Source: an uncultured Thermoleophilia bacterium
GTDB taxonomy: Bacteria > Actinomycetota > Thermoleophilia > Gaiellales > Gaiellaceae
DNA length: 64,000 nt
Assembly (NCBI GenBank): GCA_963696755.1
Contig: CAVOLH010000003.1
Coordinates: forward strand, 275,319 to 339,318
Direction of reading: 5' to 3'
Below, piece by piece: positions 35,640 to 46,721 of the stretch. The notes beneath the pieces are model-generated. The model was not told the origin of the DNA and searched no databases. It worked only from the letters and a program-made list of their open reading frames with translations. Each line of letters opens with the position of its first letter. Position 1 is the stretch's first letter. The position numbers and the translations under genes were made by a program.

Positions 35640-37875
35640 CGACGACCCCGACCACGACGCCCACCGAGGCCCCGGCCCGGCTCGAGCTCGGCCACATCGG
35701 CGAGCCCGCCCGGCGGCCGGACGGCCCTCCCAAGGTGCAGGGCCAGTTCGAGTACTCGAGCGACCTCAACGCGGCGGGAATGCTGTGGGGGCACACGCTC
35801 CGCAGCCCGCACGCCCACGCCCGCGTCGTCTCGATCGACATCTCGCAGGCCGTGACGATGCCCGGCGTCCACGCCGTGCTCACGCACGAGGACGTTCCCG
35901 GGAGCAAGACCTACGGGCTCGAGTTCGCCGATCAGCCGGTGCTCGCGATCGACCGCGTCCGCTACTACGGCGAGCCGGTGGCGCTCGTCGCTGCCGAGCA
36001 TCCGGAGCAGGCGCGTCGCGCCGCCGAGGCGATCGTCGTCGAGTACGAGCCGCTCGAGCTCGTCGTCGATCCCGAGCGCGCGACCGAGCAGGAGCCGCTC
36101 CATCCCGACCGGCCGACGGCGGGCCACGGCTACCGCGACGACCCGCGGCCGAACGTCGTCCGTTCGATCGTGATCCGGCACGGCGACCCGGACGTCGCGG
36201 GTGACGTCACGGTCGAGGGCGTCTACGAGCTCGGCAGCCAGGACCAGGCGTTCCTCGGGCCGGAGTCCGGCATCGCGATCCCGGACGGCGAGGGCGGCAT
36301 CGACATCCACGTCGCGACGCAGTGGCTCCACGTCGACCGCGACCAGATCGCCCCCTGCCTCGGGCTCGACCAACGAGCAGGTGCGCGTGCATCTCGCCGG
36401 CGTCGGCGGCGCGTTCGGCGGCCGCGAGGATCTCTCGATCCAGATCCACGCCGCGATGCTCGCGCTCCACGCCGACCGACCGGTGAAGATCGTCTACAAC
36501 CGCGAGGAGTCGTTCACCGGCCACGTCCACCGGCACCCCGCCAAGATCTGGGCCGAGCACCGCGCGACGCGCGACGGGCGCGTCGTCTGCGTGCACATGC
36601 GGATCCTCGTCGACGGCGGCGCCTACGCCTCGAGCTCGACGGCGGTGATCTCGAACGCGTCGTCCTTCGCCATCGGCCCCTACCGCGTCGACAACGCGCT
36701 GATCGAGGGAACAGCGGTCTATACCAATAATCCGCCCTGCGGCGCGATGCGCGGCTTCGGCGCCGTGCAGACGTGCTTCGCCGCCGAGGCGCAGATGGAC
36801 CGGCTGGCCGAGGCGCTCGGCATCGACCCGATCGAGCTCCGGCTGCTGAACGCGATCGAGACCGGCGACACGCTCCCGACGGGGCAGATCCTGACGGGCT
36901 CGATGCCCGTCGCCGAGGTCATCCGGGCCGCAGCCGCGATCCCCGTGCCCGACGCCGAGGCGCTGCCGCGCGACCCGATCCGGCTGCCCGGCGGGGCCGG
37001 CAACACGACGCGCGGCGAGGGTGTCCAGCGAGGCGTCGGCTTCGCGGTCGGCTTCAAGAACATCTGCTTCTCGGAGGGGTTCGACGACTACTGCGCCGCG
37101 CGCGTGCAGATCCACGTCGACGGGACGGCCACCGTGCACTGCGCCGGGGTCGAGGTGGGCCAGGGGCTCGTCGGCGTGATCCTCCAGGTCGCGGAGGCCG
37201 AGCTCGGGACGAGCGAGATCACGCTCGCGACGAGCACCACGAGCACCGTCGACTCGGCCGGATCGACCTCCGCCTCACGCATGACGTGGATGGCCGCGGG
37301 CGCCGTCCGCGACGCCTGCCGCGCGGCGCGTCGAGGAGCGCGCCATCCGTGAGGGCGGCGAGGTCGACGTCGAGCGGATCTACCGCCATGCCCCGACGTT
37401 CCCGCTCGATCCCGAGAACGGCCAGGTACTGGGGGAGCGGGCGCACGTCTCGCTCGCAACGTGCGCGATGCGCGTCGTCGCCGAGGTCGACGTCGATCTC
37501 GGCCTGACCCGGCTCGTCTGGATCGGTGCTGCCCAGGACGTCGGCAAGGCGCTCAACACCCAGAGCATCACGGGCCAGATCGAGGGCGGCACGGCGCAGG
37601 GCATCGGCCTCGCGCTGATGGAGGAGATCCAGACCCGCGACGGGCGGATCACGAACGCGAGCTTCACCGACTACCTGCTGCCGACCGCGCTCGACATGCC
37701 GCCCGTCGAGTCGGTGCTGATCGAGGATCCCGAGCCGGACGCTCCCTACGGCCTCAAGGGCGTCGGCGAGCCGCCCACCGTCGTCTCGACCGCTGCGGTC
37801 GTCGCCGCGATGCGCGCTGCCACCGGAAGGCCGCTCCATCGCGTGCCGGTGCGGCCGGACGAGATCTGCCTCTAA
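35636..37875 (+). CDS. Xanthine dehydrogenase molybdenum subunit (frameshifted)
   Basis: RSPHAHA, GGAFGGRE, AMRGFG, EVGQG, GQIEGG, KGVGE. Confidence 0.92.
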
Positions 37876-38799
37876 CCCGGGGGAGAGGCTGAAGCCTCGC
37901 CCGCGGCGGAATCGCCGCCTCCGGCCGCCGCGGCACCTCTCTCCGGATCACGACGGCGACCGACGTCAGGATCACCGCTGCGCCGGCCGCGATCTGCCAC
38001 GTGATCACCTCGTCGAGGAAGAGGATGCCGAGCGTGATCGCCACGAGCGGGTTCACGTACGCGTAGGTGGCGACGGTGCCGAGCGACACGTTGGCGACGA
38101 GCCAGACGTACGCCGTGTAGCCGAAGATCGAGCCGAACACGATCAGGTAGAGCAGGCCGAGCAGCGAGCGGGTCGACCAGTCGGCCGGGTTGTGCGACTC
38201 GCCGTCCGACAGCGCCATCCCGAGCGGGATCAGCAGCAGCCCGCCGGTGAGGCCCTGGACGCCGGCCGTCGTGAGCGCGTCGCCCGGCATCGGCAGCCTC
38301 GATGAGAGGAACGTCCCGATCGCCCACGAGAGTGCCGCCGCGACGACGAGGAGCACGCCCGAGACGCTGGCATCGCCGCCGGGCCGCAGAAGGAGGGCAA
38401 CGCCGATGAACCCGACGCGCCGTTCCGACGAGGGAGGCCCGCGGCGGCCGGTCGCCGGTGCTCGAGCGAAGCACGACGAGCCAGAGCGGCACCGACGCGA
38501 AGATCAGCGAGGCGAGCCCGATCGGCACGCGGCGCTCGGCCACGAACAGCAGCGCGTTGCCGCCGATCAGGAGGAGGCCGCAGAGGACGGTCGAGCCGGC
38601 CCGCGCCCAGCCGAGCCTGAACGGTCGTCGTGCCGTGCCGGGCGAGGAGCCACCCGCACAGCACCACCCCGACGGTCGTGAACCGGATGCCGGCGGCGAG
38701 GATCGGCGGGATCGTCTCACCGGCGAGCTCGATCCCGAGGTAGGTCGAGCCCCAGAGGATGTAGACCGTCCAGAGGGCGATCCACGCGCGCGCGCTCAT
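37872..38799 (-). CDS. EamA/DMT transporter (frameshifted; end approximate)
   Basis: VYILWGSTY, YLIVFGS, TYAYVNPLVA. Confidence 0.88.
37874..37910 (+). repeat. REP-like hairpin repeat, copy 2
   Basis: AACCCGGGGGAGAGGCTGAAGCCTC.., inverted relative to copy 1. Confidence 0.7.
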
Positions 38800-38877
38800 C
38801 GGGTGGGCTCGCGCGGGGTCATGGATCGAAGCTAGCGGTTCGAGGCGTCAACCCGGGGGAGGCCGTCGCCCCGCTGG

Positions 38878-39324
38878 TCAGCGCTTCAGCGTCAGCGCCG
38901 CGCCCGCGGCGAGCAGCGCCAGCCCGAGCACGCGCGTCCACTGGAGCGGCACCGCCTGGATGCCGAACCAGCCGAAGCGGTCGATCACGGTTGCGAGCGT
39001 GAACTGGCCGACGATCAGGAACGCGGTCGTCGCGACGATGCCGATCCTCGGCCCGGCGACCGTGATCGCGAGAACGATCACGACGCTCATCACGCCACCG
39101 AGCAGCATCCACTTCGGGCCGGTGAACCCCTCGCGGAGACCGCCGACGCTCCGGCGCGTGATGAGGAGGACGACGACGGCCAGGGCGGCGCCGACGAGCA
39201 CGGCGCACGTCAGCGCCTCGAGGCTGCCGATGCGGTCGCCGAGCCGGCCCTGGGTGGCGATCTGCACGGCCCCGCCGAGGCCTGCGATGAATGCGAACGA
39301 GGCCGCAACTCCGGTCGAGCCCAT
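38878..39324 (-). CDS. DMT family YdcZ/DUF606-like membrane protein
   Basis: WMLLGG, GQ...VIDRFGWFG. Confidence 0.82.
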   Translation of the reverse strand: MGSTGVAASFAFIAGLGGAVQIATQGRLGDRIGSLEALTCAVLVGAALAVVVLLITRRSVGGLREGFTGPKWMLLGGVMSVVIVLAITVAGPRIGIVATTAFLIVGQFTLATVIDRFGWFGIQAVPLQWTRVLGLALLAAGAALTLKR

Positions 39325-39396
39325 GGCGGTGACGCTACACGCTCGGCGACCGGCGTATCGCTCGCGCCGGCCGTGGCGCCGCGATAGGCTCGCGCC

Positions 39397-40172
39397 ATGA
39401 GCGAAGTCCTCACGACCCGTGACGGCGCCGTCCTCACGATCACGCTCAACCGGCCCGACGTCTTCAACGCGTTCAACCGGGCGTTGCACGCGGCGCTCCG
39501 GTCGGCGCTCGAGGAGGCTGCGCGATCCGGCCGTGCGCGCCGTCGTGATCACCGGCGCGGGTCGCGGCTTCTCGGCCGGCCAGGATCTCCGCGAGTTCTC
39601 GGAGCTGCAGGAGTCGCTGGAGGATGCGCTCGAGGCGACCTACCACCCGAACATCAGGCTGATCCGCGGCGCTCGCCAAGCCGGTCATCGCAGCGGTCAA
39701 CGGGCCGGTCGCGGGAGCAGGGCTCTCGCTCGCGAGTCGCCTGCGACGTCCGCGTCGCGTCGAGCGCGGCGGCGTTCGTCCCCGGCTTCGTCGGCATCGG
39801 CCTCGTGCCCGACTCCGGCGGCACCTGGTTCCTCCACCGCCTGCTCGGGTTCGCGCGCGCGTTCGAGTGGATGTGCTCGAACCGCAGGCTCGATGCAGAC
39901 GAGGCACTCGCCTGGGGGCTCGTCTCCGAGGTGATCCCGGCCGACGAGCTTCGAGGCGCGGGTGGCGGAGATCGCAGCCACGTGGGCCGCGATGCCGACG
40001 CAGGCGGTCGGGATGACGAAGCAGCTGTTCGACCACGCGGGCACCGCATCGCTCGAGGAGCAGCTGGCGCTCGAGGCGCGAGCTGCAACAGGCCTCCGTC
40101 GCAACGGCCGACTTCGCCGAAGGAGTCGGCGCCTTCCTCGAGAAGCGGCCTCCCAGCTTCACCGGCGCCTGA
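39397..40172 (+). CDS. Enoyl-CoA hydratase/isomerase, PaaG-like (frameshifted)
   Basis: ITLNRPD, GRGFSAGQDL, IGLVPDSGG, FLEKRPP. Confidence 0.88.
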
Positions 40173-40203
40173 GCGGCACCGGCCCTCTGCGCAAGGAGCC
40201 CTG

Positions 40204-40802
40204 ATGTCCGAGCAGCTCACCGCCTTCGAGCCCGACGCACCGCGCCGCATCCGATCCACCTCGTCGTCACGGACGACCTGGAGCGGAACCGCCTCACGGT
40301 GTTCTTCCGGCTGCTCCTCGCACTGCCGCATCTCATCTGGGTTGCGATCTGGGGCATCGCGGTCTTCTTCGCCGTGATCGCGGCCTGGTTCGTCGGGATC
40401 TTCACGGGCCGGGTGCCGGACGGCATTCACGACTTCATCGCGAGATGGGTGCGCTACGCGACGCACGTCAACGCCTACTTCTCGCTCGCGGCGGATCCCT
40501 TCCCCGACTTCGGCGGCGCCCCGGGCTACCCGGTCGACGTCGAGATCGCGCCGCCGCAGAAGCAGAGCCGGCTGACGATCTTCTTCCGGGGCATCCTCGT
40601 GATCCCCGCCTGCATCGTCCTCTACCTCCTCGGGTACGTGGCCCAGCTCGTGATGTTCTTCGCGTGGTTCATCGCGCTCTTCACGGGCCACCTGCACAGC
40701 GGGCTCCGGGACGTGCTCGTCTACTGGCTCCGGTACGCCGCCCAGACCTACGGCTACCAGCTGCTCCTGACCCAGAAGTACCCGTCGTTCTCCGACGACT
40801 AG
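40204..40802 (+). CDS. DUF4389-like membrane protein with duplicated RLT.FFR repeat (frameshift near start)
   Basis: NRLTVFFRLLLALPH / SRLTIFFRGILVIP; YPSF end. Confidence 0.78.
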
Positions 40803-40809
40803 AGGGCCG

Positions 40810-41783
40810 TTGACCTCGATTCGGACGGTCGACTACCACACGGGCGGCGAGCCGTTTCGGATCGTCACCGGCGGCGTCGAGCCGCTCGCGGGCGCGACGA
40901 TCCTCGAGCGCCGGCGCGACGCGCTCGAGCGGCTCGACCACGTCCGCCGGCTGCTCGTCAACGAGCCGCGCGGCCACGCCGACATGTACGGCTGCCACGT
41001 CGTGCCGGGCGAACGACGACGGCGCCGATCTCGGGCGTCGTGTTCTTCCACAACGCGGGCTACTCGACCGCCTGCGGGCACGGGACGATCGCGCTCGTCA
41101 CCTGGGCGCTCGACGAGGGCATCGTGGAGCGGCGCGAGGGCGAGAACCGCGTCGTCGTCGACGTTCCCTCCGGCCGGCTCGAGACCGTGGCGACCGTCGT
41201 CGACGGCCGCGTCCGCTCGGTCACCTTCCGCAACGTGCCCTCGTTCGTCTGGGCCACGGACGTCCGGGTCGGGGATGTCGCCGTCGACATCGCCTTCGGC
41301 GGCGCCTTCTACGCGACGTTGCGCGAGCGGGTCGAGCCGGCGGAGCTGCCGCGCCTGATCGAGCTCGGCCGGGAGATCAAGCGCGGCCTCGAGGCGCAGC
41401 ACGAGATCGTCCACCCGCTCGAGCCGGAGCTGCGGGACGTCTACGGCGTGATCTTCTGGCAGCACGGAGGGCGAGGCGCCGCTGACCCAGCGCAACGTGA
41501 CGGTGTTCGCCGACGGCGAGGTCGACCGCTCGCCCTGCGGCTGCGGGCACCTCGGCGCGGCTCGCGCTGCTCGACGCGTCCGGCGATCTGCCCCGCGGCG
41601 CCGAGCTGCGCCACCTCTCGATCGTCGGCTCGAGCCTTCACGGGTCGCGTCGTCGACGAGGTGAGCGTCGCGGGGCACCAGGCCGTCGTCACCGAGGTGA
41701 CCGGCTCCGCCTACCGCACCGGCGAGTCGACCTTCACCCTCGACCCGGACGATCCGCTCGGCGAGGGATTCCTGCTGCGGTGA
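40810..41783 (+). CDS. Proline racemase/hydroxyproline epimerase family (frameshifted)
   Basis: DYHTGGEPFR, EPRGHADMYG, STACGHG, DRSPCG, DPLGEGFL. Confidence 0.9.
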
Positions 41784-41802
41784 GGAGGGATACGCTGCGC
41801 GG

Positions 41803-42423
41803 GTGGAGGCCGAGGACGATGCGCTCGTGATGTACCTCGTCGTGCGGCGTCGAACCACCCGTCCGTTCGCCGAGCTCGCGACCGCTGCCGCGCTCGCCTC
41901 GCGCCGCTGCGCGACGCGCTACCGCGACGACGAGCGCTGGCACGACGGCTTCGAGGACTGGTGGCGCCATTCGTTCCGCAAGGTCTGCCTGCGGGCCGAG
42001 CCGCGCGACTGGGAGGCGGTGCGCGACCTCGACCATGAGCGTGTCGGCGACGTCGCCTGCCTGCCGCCCGTGCGGCGGTCGGCTCGCGACCGCGTCCTCG
42101 TCCGGATGCAGACCCTGAACGAGGAGGCGGGTGCGCTGCCTCCTCTCGCCGCCGACCCGGAGCCCGGCTCGCTGACGCTCGTCGTCGCCACCGATCTCGG
42201 GATGAGCGCGGGCAAGACCCTGGCCCAGATCGGCCACGCGGCCCTGATGGCGGATCCCGATCCCGACCTCGACCTCGACGTTGTCGGCGCGGCCGCCGAC
42301 GAATGGGGGCGGCTCGCGCCCGACGCGGTTGCAATCGTGCGGGACGGCGGCCTCACCGAGCTCACACCGGGCTCGGAGACCGTGCTCGTGCTCCAGCGCG
42401 CGCACGACGACCAGAGCGAGTAG
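41803..42423 (+). CDS. Pth2-family peptidyl-tRNA hydrolase-like protein
   Basis: DLGMSAGKTLAQIGHA, VRDGGLTE..PGSETV; N-terminal MYLVVRR and FRKVCLR. Confidence 0.8.
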   Translation: MEAEDDALVMYLVVRRRTTRPFAELATAAALASRRCATRYRDDERWHDGFEDWWRHSFRKVCLRAEPRDWEAVRDLDHERVGDVACLPPVRRSARDRVLVRMQTLNEEAGALPPLAADPEPGSLTLVVATDLGMSAGKTLAQIGHAALMADPDPDLDLDVVGAAADEWGRLAPDAVAIVRDGGLTELTPGSETVLVLQRAHDDQSE

Positions 42424-42434
42424 AGGATGTGCCC

Positions 42435-43305
42435 GTGGCCCGAGTCCTGATCGTCAATCCATTCGCGAGCGGCGTCAGCGAGCGCAGGCTCGCCGCCGTT
42501 CAGGCGGCGCTGCCGGCCGACACCGAGACCGTGCTCACCCAGGCGCGCGGCGACGCGACCGAGCTCGCCGCGGAGTGGTCACCTCTGGCCGAGGCGATCT
42601 ACGTGTTCTCGGGCGACGGCACCTACAACGAGGTGATCAACGGCCTCCGCGCCGACATCCCGGTCGGGTTCGTGCCGGGAGGCGGCACCAGCGTGCTGCC
42701 ACGGGCACTCGGCCTGCCGCGCGACCCCGCCCGTGCGGCGCTGCGCGTCGCGAACGGGACGCCGCGGCGGATCTCGCTCGGCCGGATCAACGGCCGCATG
42801 TTTGCGTTCAACGCCGGCATCGGCTTCGACGCGGAGCTCGTCCGTCGCGTCGACGCGAAGGGCCGCCGGGCGGACGGCAAGCGGCCCGGGCGACATCGCG
42901 TTCAGCTGGACGGTCGTCAAGGCGCTCGTCGACCATCGGTTCCGGTACGAGGCGGCACTCGAGGTCGAGGGGCTCGGCCGGGCCGCGTTCGCGCTGATCG
43001 CCAACTGCTCGCCGTACACGTATGCCGGGTCGCTCGGCCTGCGCTTCGTCCCCGGCGCGTCGTTCGAGGGCGGCCTCGACATCGTGGCGCCGATCGAGGT
43101 GCGGCCGCGCGCCGTGCCGCGACTCGCCACGCAGGCGTTGCGCGGCAAGCCGGGCGCCGACGACGTGCTCGTCGGCCACGACCTCGACCGGATCGTGATC
43201 CGCTGCGACACGCCGCTGCCGGTGCAGGTCGACGGCGAGGACATCGGCGACGTGACGGAGGCGGAGATCGTCGCCGTCCGCGATGCGCTGACGGTCCTCA
43301 CCTAG
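42435..43305 (+). CDS. Diacylglycerol/lipid kinase family (frameshift ~42890)
   Basis: LIVNPFAS, SGDGTYNEVING, AGIGFDA, QVDGE. Confidence 0.88.
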
Positions 43306-43370
43306 AGGCCGGCGTGCTGGCTGGGTCCGACTTCAGTCGGACGCCGGGGTAACCCATTACGCTGGCTGCC

Positions 43371-44479
43371 ATGGCACACGCGTTCACGTTGCCGGATCTG
43401 GGAGAGGGCCTGACCGAGGGCGAGATCGCGCGCTGGCTCGTGCGCGAGGGCGATGCCGTCGTCGAGAACGAGCCGATCGTCGAGATCCAGACGGACAAGG
43501 CAACGGTCGAGGTCGGCTCGCCGGTCGACGGAATCGTCCTCCGGATCCTGGCCCGGGACGGCGAGATGGCCGAGGTCGGGCTCGACGCTGGCATTGATCG
43601 GCGCTCCGGGTGAGCAGCTGTTGCATTCCGTCGCGACGCTGCCGCTACGAGAAGCCCGAGCCCGCGGAGCCCATCGTGGCCGTCGTCGGCTCGGAGCCGC
43701 TCGAGGCGTTGACGCTCCATCGCCTGGCCCGCGACCTCTCGGTCGACTTCGCGTCGATCACGGGGACCGGACCGGGCGGCCGCGTCACCGAGGCCGACGT
43801 TCGCGCTGCGGCCGCTCCGCTCGAGGGGCGGCGCGTGCCGGTGCGCGGGATCAGGCGCGCGATCGTCGAGCAGGTCGAGCGCACGCACCGCGAGATCCCG
43901 GCCGTGACGTTCGTCGAGGAGTGCGATTTCACGGGCCTCGACCTCGATCTTCTCGTCGCGACCTCGCTGCGGGCAGCGGCGGGCGCGCTCGGCGAGTTCC
44001 CGGAGCTCAATGCGCGGATCGACGACGACGAGATCGTGCTGCTCGACCGCTACGACCTCGGCGTCGCCGTCGACACCGAGGCGGGCCTCGTCGTCCCGGT
44101 TGTCCGTGGCTGCGACCGGCTCTCGATCGCCGAGATCGACGCCGAGATCCACCGGCTCGCTGCGGGTGCCCGCGCCGGCACGCTCCAGCCCGACGAGCTG
44201 CGCGACTCGACGTTCACGGTCACGAGCGCGGGCAAGCTCGGCGGCCTCTTCGTGACCCCGCTGATCAACCACCCGGAGGTCGCGATCCTCGGGCTCCACC
44301 GCATCGGGCCGCGCCCCGTCGTGCGAGACGGCGAGATCGTCGTGCGTCAGATGGGCAACATCTCGGTCACCTTCGACCACCGCGTGATCGACGGCGCCCG
44401 CGCCGGAGCCTTCGGCGCCGACGTGATTCGTCGGCTGGAGAGCACGCCCGTCCGTACACTGACTCTCCGAAATGGGTAG
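43371..44479 (+). CDS. Second dihydrolipoamide acyltransferase E2 (frameshifted)
   Basis: LPDLGEGL, IQTDKATVE, GTGPGGRV, TPLINHPE, FDHRVIDG. Confidence 0.9.
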
Positions 44480-44488
44480 GCAGTAGAC

Positions 44489-44905
44489 ATGACGGAGTGG
44501 TGGCTGATCGGGATCACGGTCGGGATCGGCGTTGCCGCGGGCATCGCGTTCGCGGGCGCGCTGGCCGGGCTGCGCTTCGGGTTCGCCAGCTCGCTGCTCG
44601 GCGCGATCCTCGTCGGCGTCGGAGCGGGCCTCCTCGTCAACGGCTGGACCGGTGGCGTCGGGGGCGTGGTCGGCGGCATCGTCGGCTCGATCTCTGCAGC
44701 CACCGTCGTCCGTGGCGCCGCCCGCCGGGGAGCGACGACCGGTGGCACGGCCTTCCTCCTGCTCGGCGTCGCGATCGTCGTCGGCCTGCTTGCCCTGATT
44801 CCCGTGGTCGGGTTCGTCGAGGCGGTCGTGCTGCCCGTGCTTGCCGCTCGCCGGGCACGCCAGAGCCCGGACAAGTACGCCGGGCTCCGCTCGCTCGCGA
44901 AGTGA
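44489..44905 (+). CDS. Small Gly-rich membrane protein
   Basis: Intact 138-aa hydrophobic ORF ending KYAGLRSLAK. Confidence 0.78.
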   Translation: MTEWWLIGITVGIGVAAGIAFAGALAGLRFGFASSLLGAILVGVGAGLLVNGWTGGVGGVVGGIVGSISAATVVRGAARRGATTGGTAFLLLGVAIVVGLLALIPVVGFVEAVVLPVLAARRARQSPDKYAGLRSLAK

Positions 44906-46254
44906 CGCTCCGAAGCCACTGATCCTCGTCGTCATCGACGGCCTCACTCCGTCGATGTTCGAAGGGGCGATCGGCTCCGGCGAGACGCCGACGCTCGCAG
45001 CCCTCGCGGCGCAGGGCTCGTACCGCCGCGCCATCTCCGTCTTCCCCTCGCTGACGCCCGTCTGCCTCTCGTCGATCGCGACCGGCGCGCACAGCGACAT
45101 CCACGAGATCCCGCATCTCGTCTGGTACGACCGCGCGCGAGCAGCGGCTCGTCGAGTACGGCAGCTCGTTCGGAGCCGTTCGCGCCGCAGGGATCGGCCA
45201 GACCCTGCGCGACACGCTCGTCAACATGAACCGGCAGCACCTCGGCGCCGGTGCGCGCACCCTGTTCGAGTCGCTCGCCGACGCCGGCCTCCGCACGGCG
45301 GCGGTCAACTTCACCGCCTACCGCGGCCGCACGCCGCACCGGTCGTCGCTGCCGCTGCTCGGCGACGTGCTGGGGCCGGAGCGGTTCTTCTTCTACAACC
45401 TCTTCAGCTCCGACCGCACCGGCGCGCCGCTCTCGTGGCGCAACCGGCCGGCCGGATCGATCGACGCCTACGCGGCGGCGGTCGGCCGCTGGCTCGTCAC
45501 GCGCGATGCCTTCGACTTCCTCGTCTTCTACCTCTCCGACTACGACTACGCGTCCCACGAGCATGGCCCCGACACGGCGCTCGAGACGCTGCAGCGCTGC
45601 GACGACGCGATCGGCTCGCTCGTCGAGGCGGGCGGTGGGATGGATGCGTTCCTCGAGCGCTACTCCGTGGTCGTGATGGCAGATCACGGGCAGACGAAGG
45701 TGCGCGAGGCGACCTCGCTCGCCGAGGTCTACGCGGACGTCGAGGGCGTCCTGCCGCTGGGCTCGAATCGCGCCGCCCACCTCTACCTCCAGCCGGGCTG
45801 CGCGCCTCGAGCCGCGGGCAGGTCGCGGCCCGCCTCGACGGCGTGAAGGCCGCCGAGGTGACGCTGTTCCGCGAAGGCGACGAGCGCCGTCGCGCGTCGC
45901 GACGGAGAGGAGCTCCACTTCGCGCCGGCTGCCGGTGGCCTGTTCGCGCTCTCGGGCGATGCATCGATCCTCGACCATCCCGACGCGCTCGCCCGCACCT
46001 GGGCGGCGCTCGCGAACCCGAACGCCGGCGAGATCCTCGTCTCGGCAGCCGAGGGCTACGAGTTCGCCGACCTCGGCGGCGGCGATCACGTCGGCGGCGG
46101 CTCGCACGGCTCGCTCGTCACGGGCGATTCCGAGGTGCCGCTGCTCCTCGTCGACGTCGAGGGCACGGCGGCGAGCATCGTCGACGTCGCACCGCTCGTC
46201 CTCGCCCATTTCGGTGTCGCGGCCCCCGCGTATGCACTGGGCCGCGCCGCATGA
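44902..46254 (+). CDS. Alkaline phosphatase superfamily / nucleotide pyrophosphatase (frameshifted)
   Basis: VVIDGL, FPSLT, DYASHEHG, ADHGQ, GSHGSL. Confidence 0.88.
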
Positions 46255-46721
46255 GCCGCTACCCTCGCCGAACGTGATCGAGCCGCCTGCGACGACCTCC
46301 GGCCAGGGCACCGCGCAGCGGGTCGGCAACGCGCTCGGCCGGCGCAGCAACTGGGAGCAGCTCGCGAAGTTCTGCGTCGTCGGCGCGAGCGGCTACGTCG
46401 TCAACCTCTGCGTCTACGTGCTGCTCTTCAAGTACGCGGGGCTCCACTACCTCCCGGCCGCGGTCGGGTCCTTCCTCGTCGCGGTGGCGAACAACTACAC
46501 TGCTGAACCGGCTCTGGACGTTCAAGGAGCACCAGGGCAGCGTCGCCTACCAGGGGCCGCGGTTCCTCGTCGTCTCGACGCTGGCGCTCGGAGCGAACCT
46601 CGTCGTCCTCTACGTGCTCGTCAGGCTCGGTGTCGGCGCGATCCCGGCGCAGGCGATCGCGATCGTTCTCGTGACGCCGCTGAACTTCGTCGGCAACAAG
46701 CTCTGGTCTTTCCGCCGGTGA
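46251..46721 (+). CDS. GtrA-family flippase (frameshift ~46502)
   Basis: KFCVVGASG..VN, NRLWTF, NFVGNKLWSF. Confidence 0.88.
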
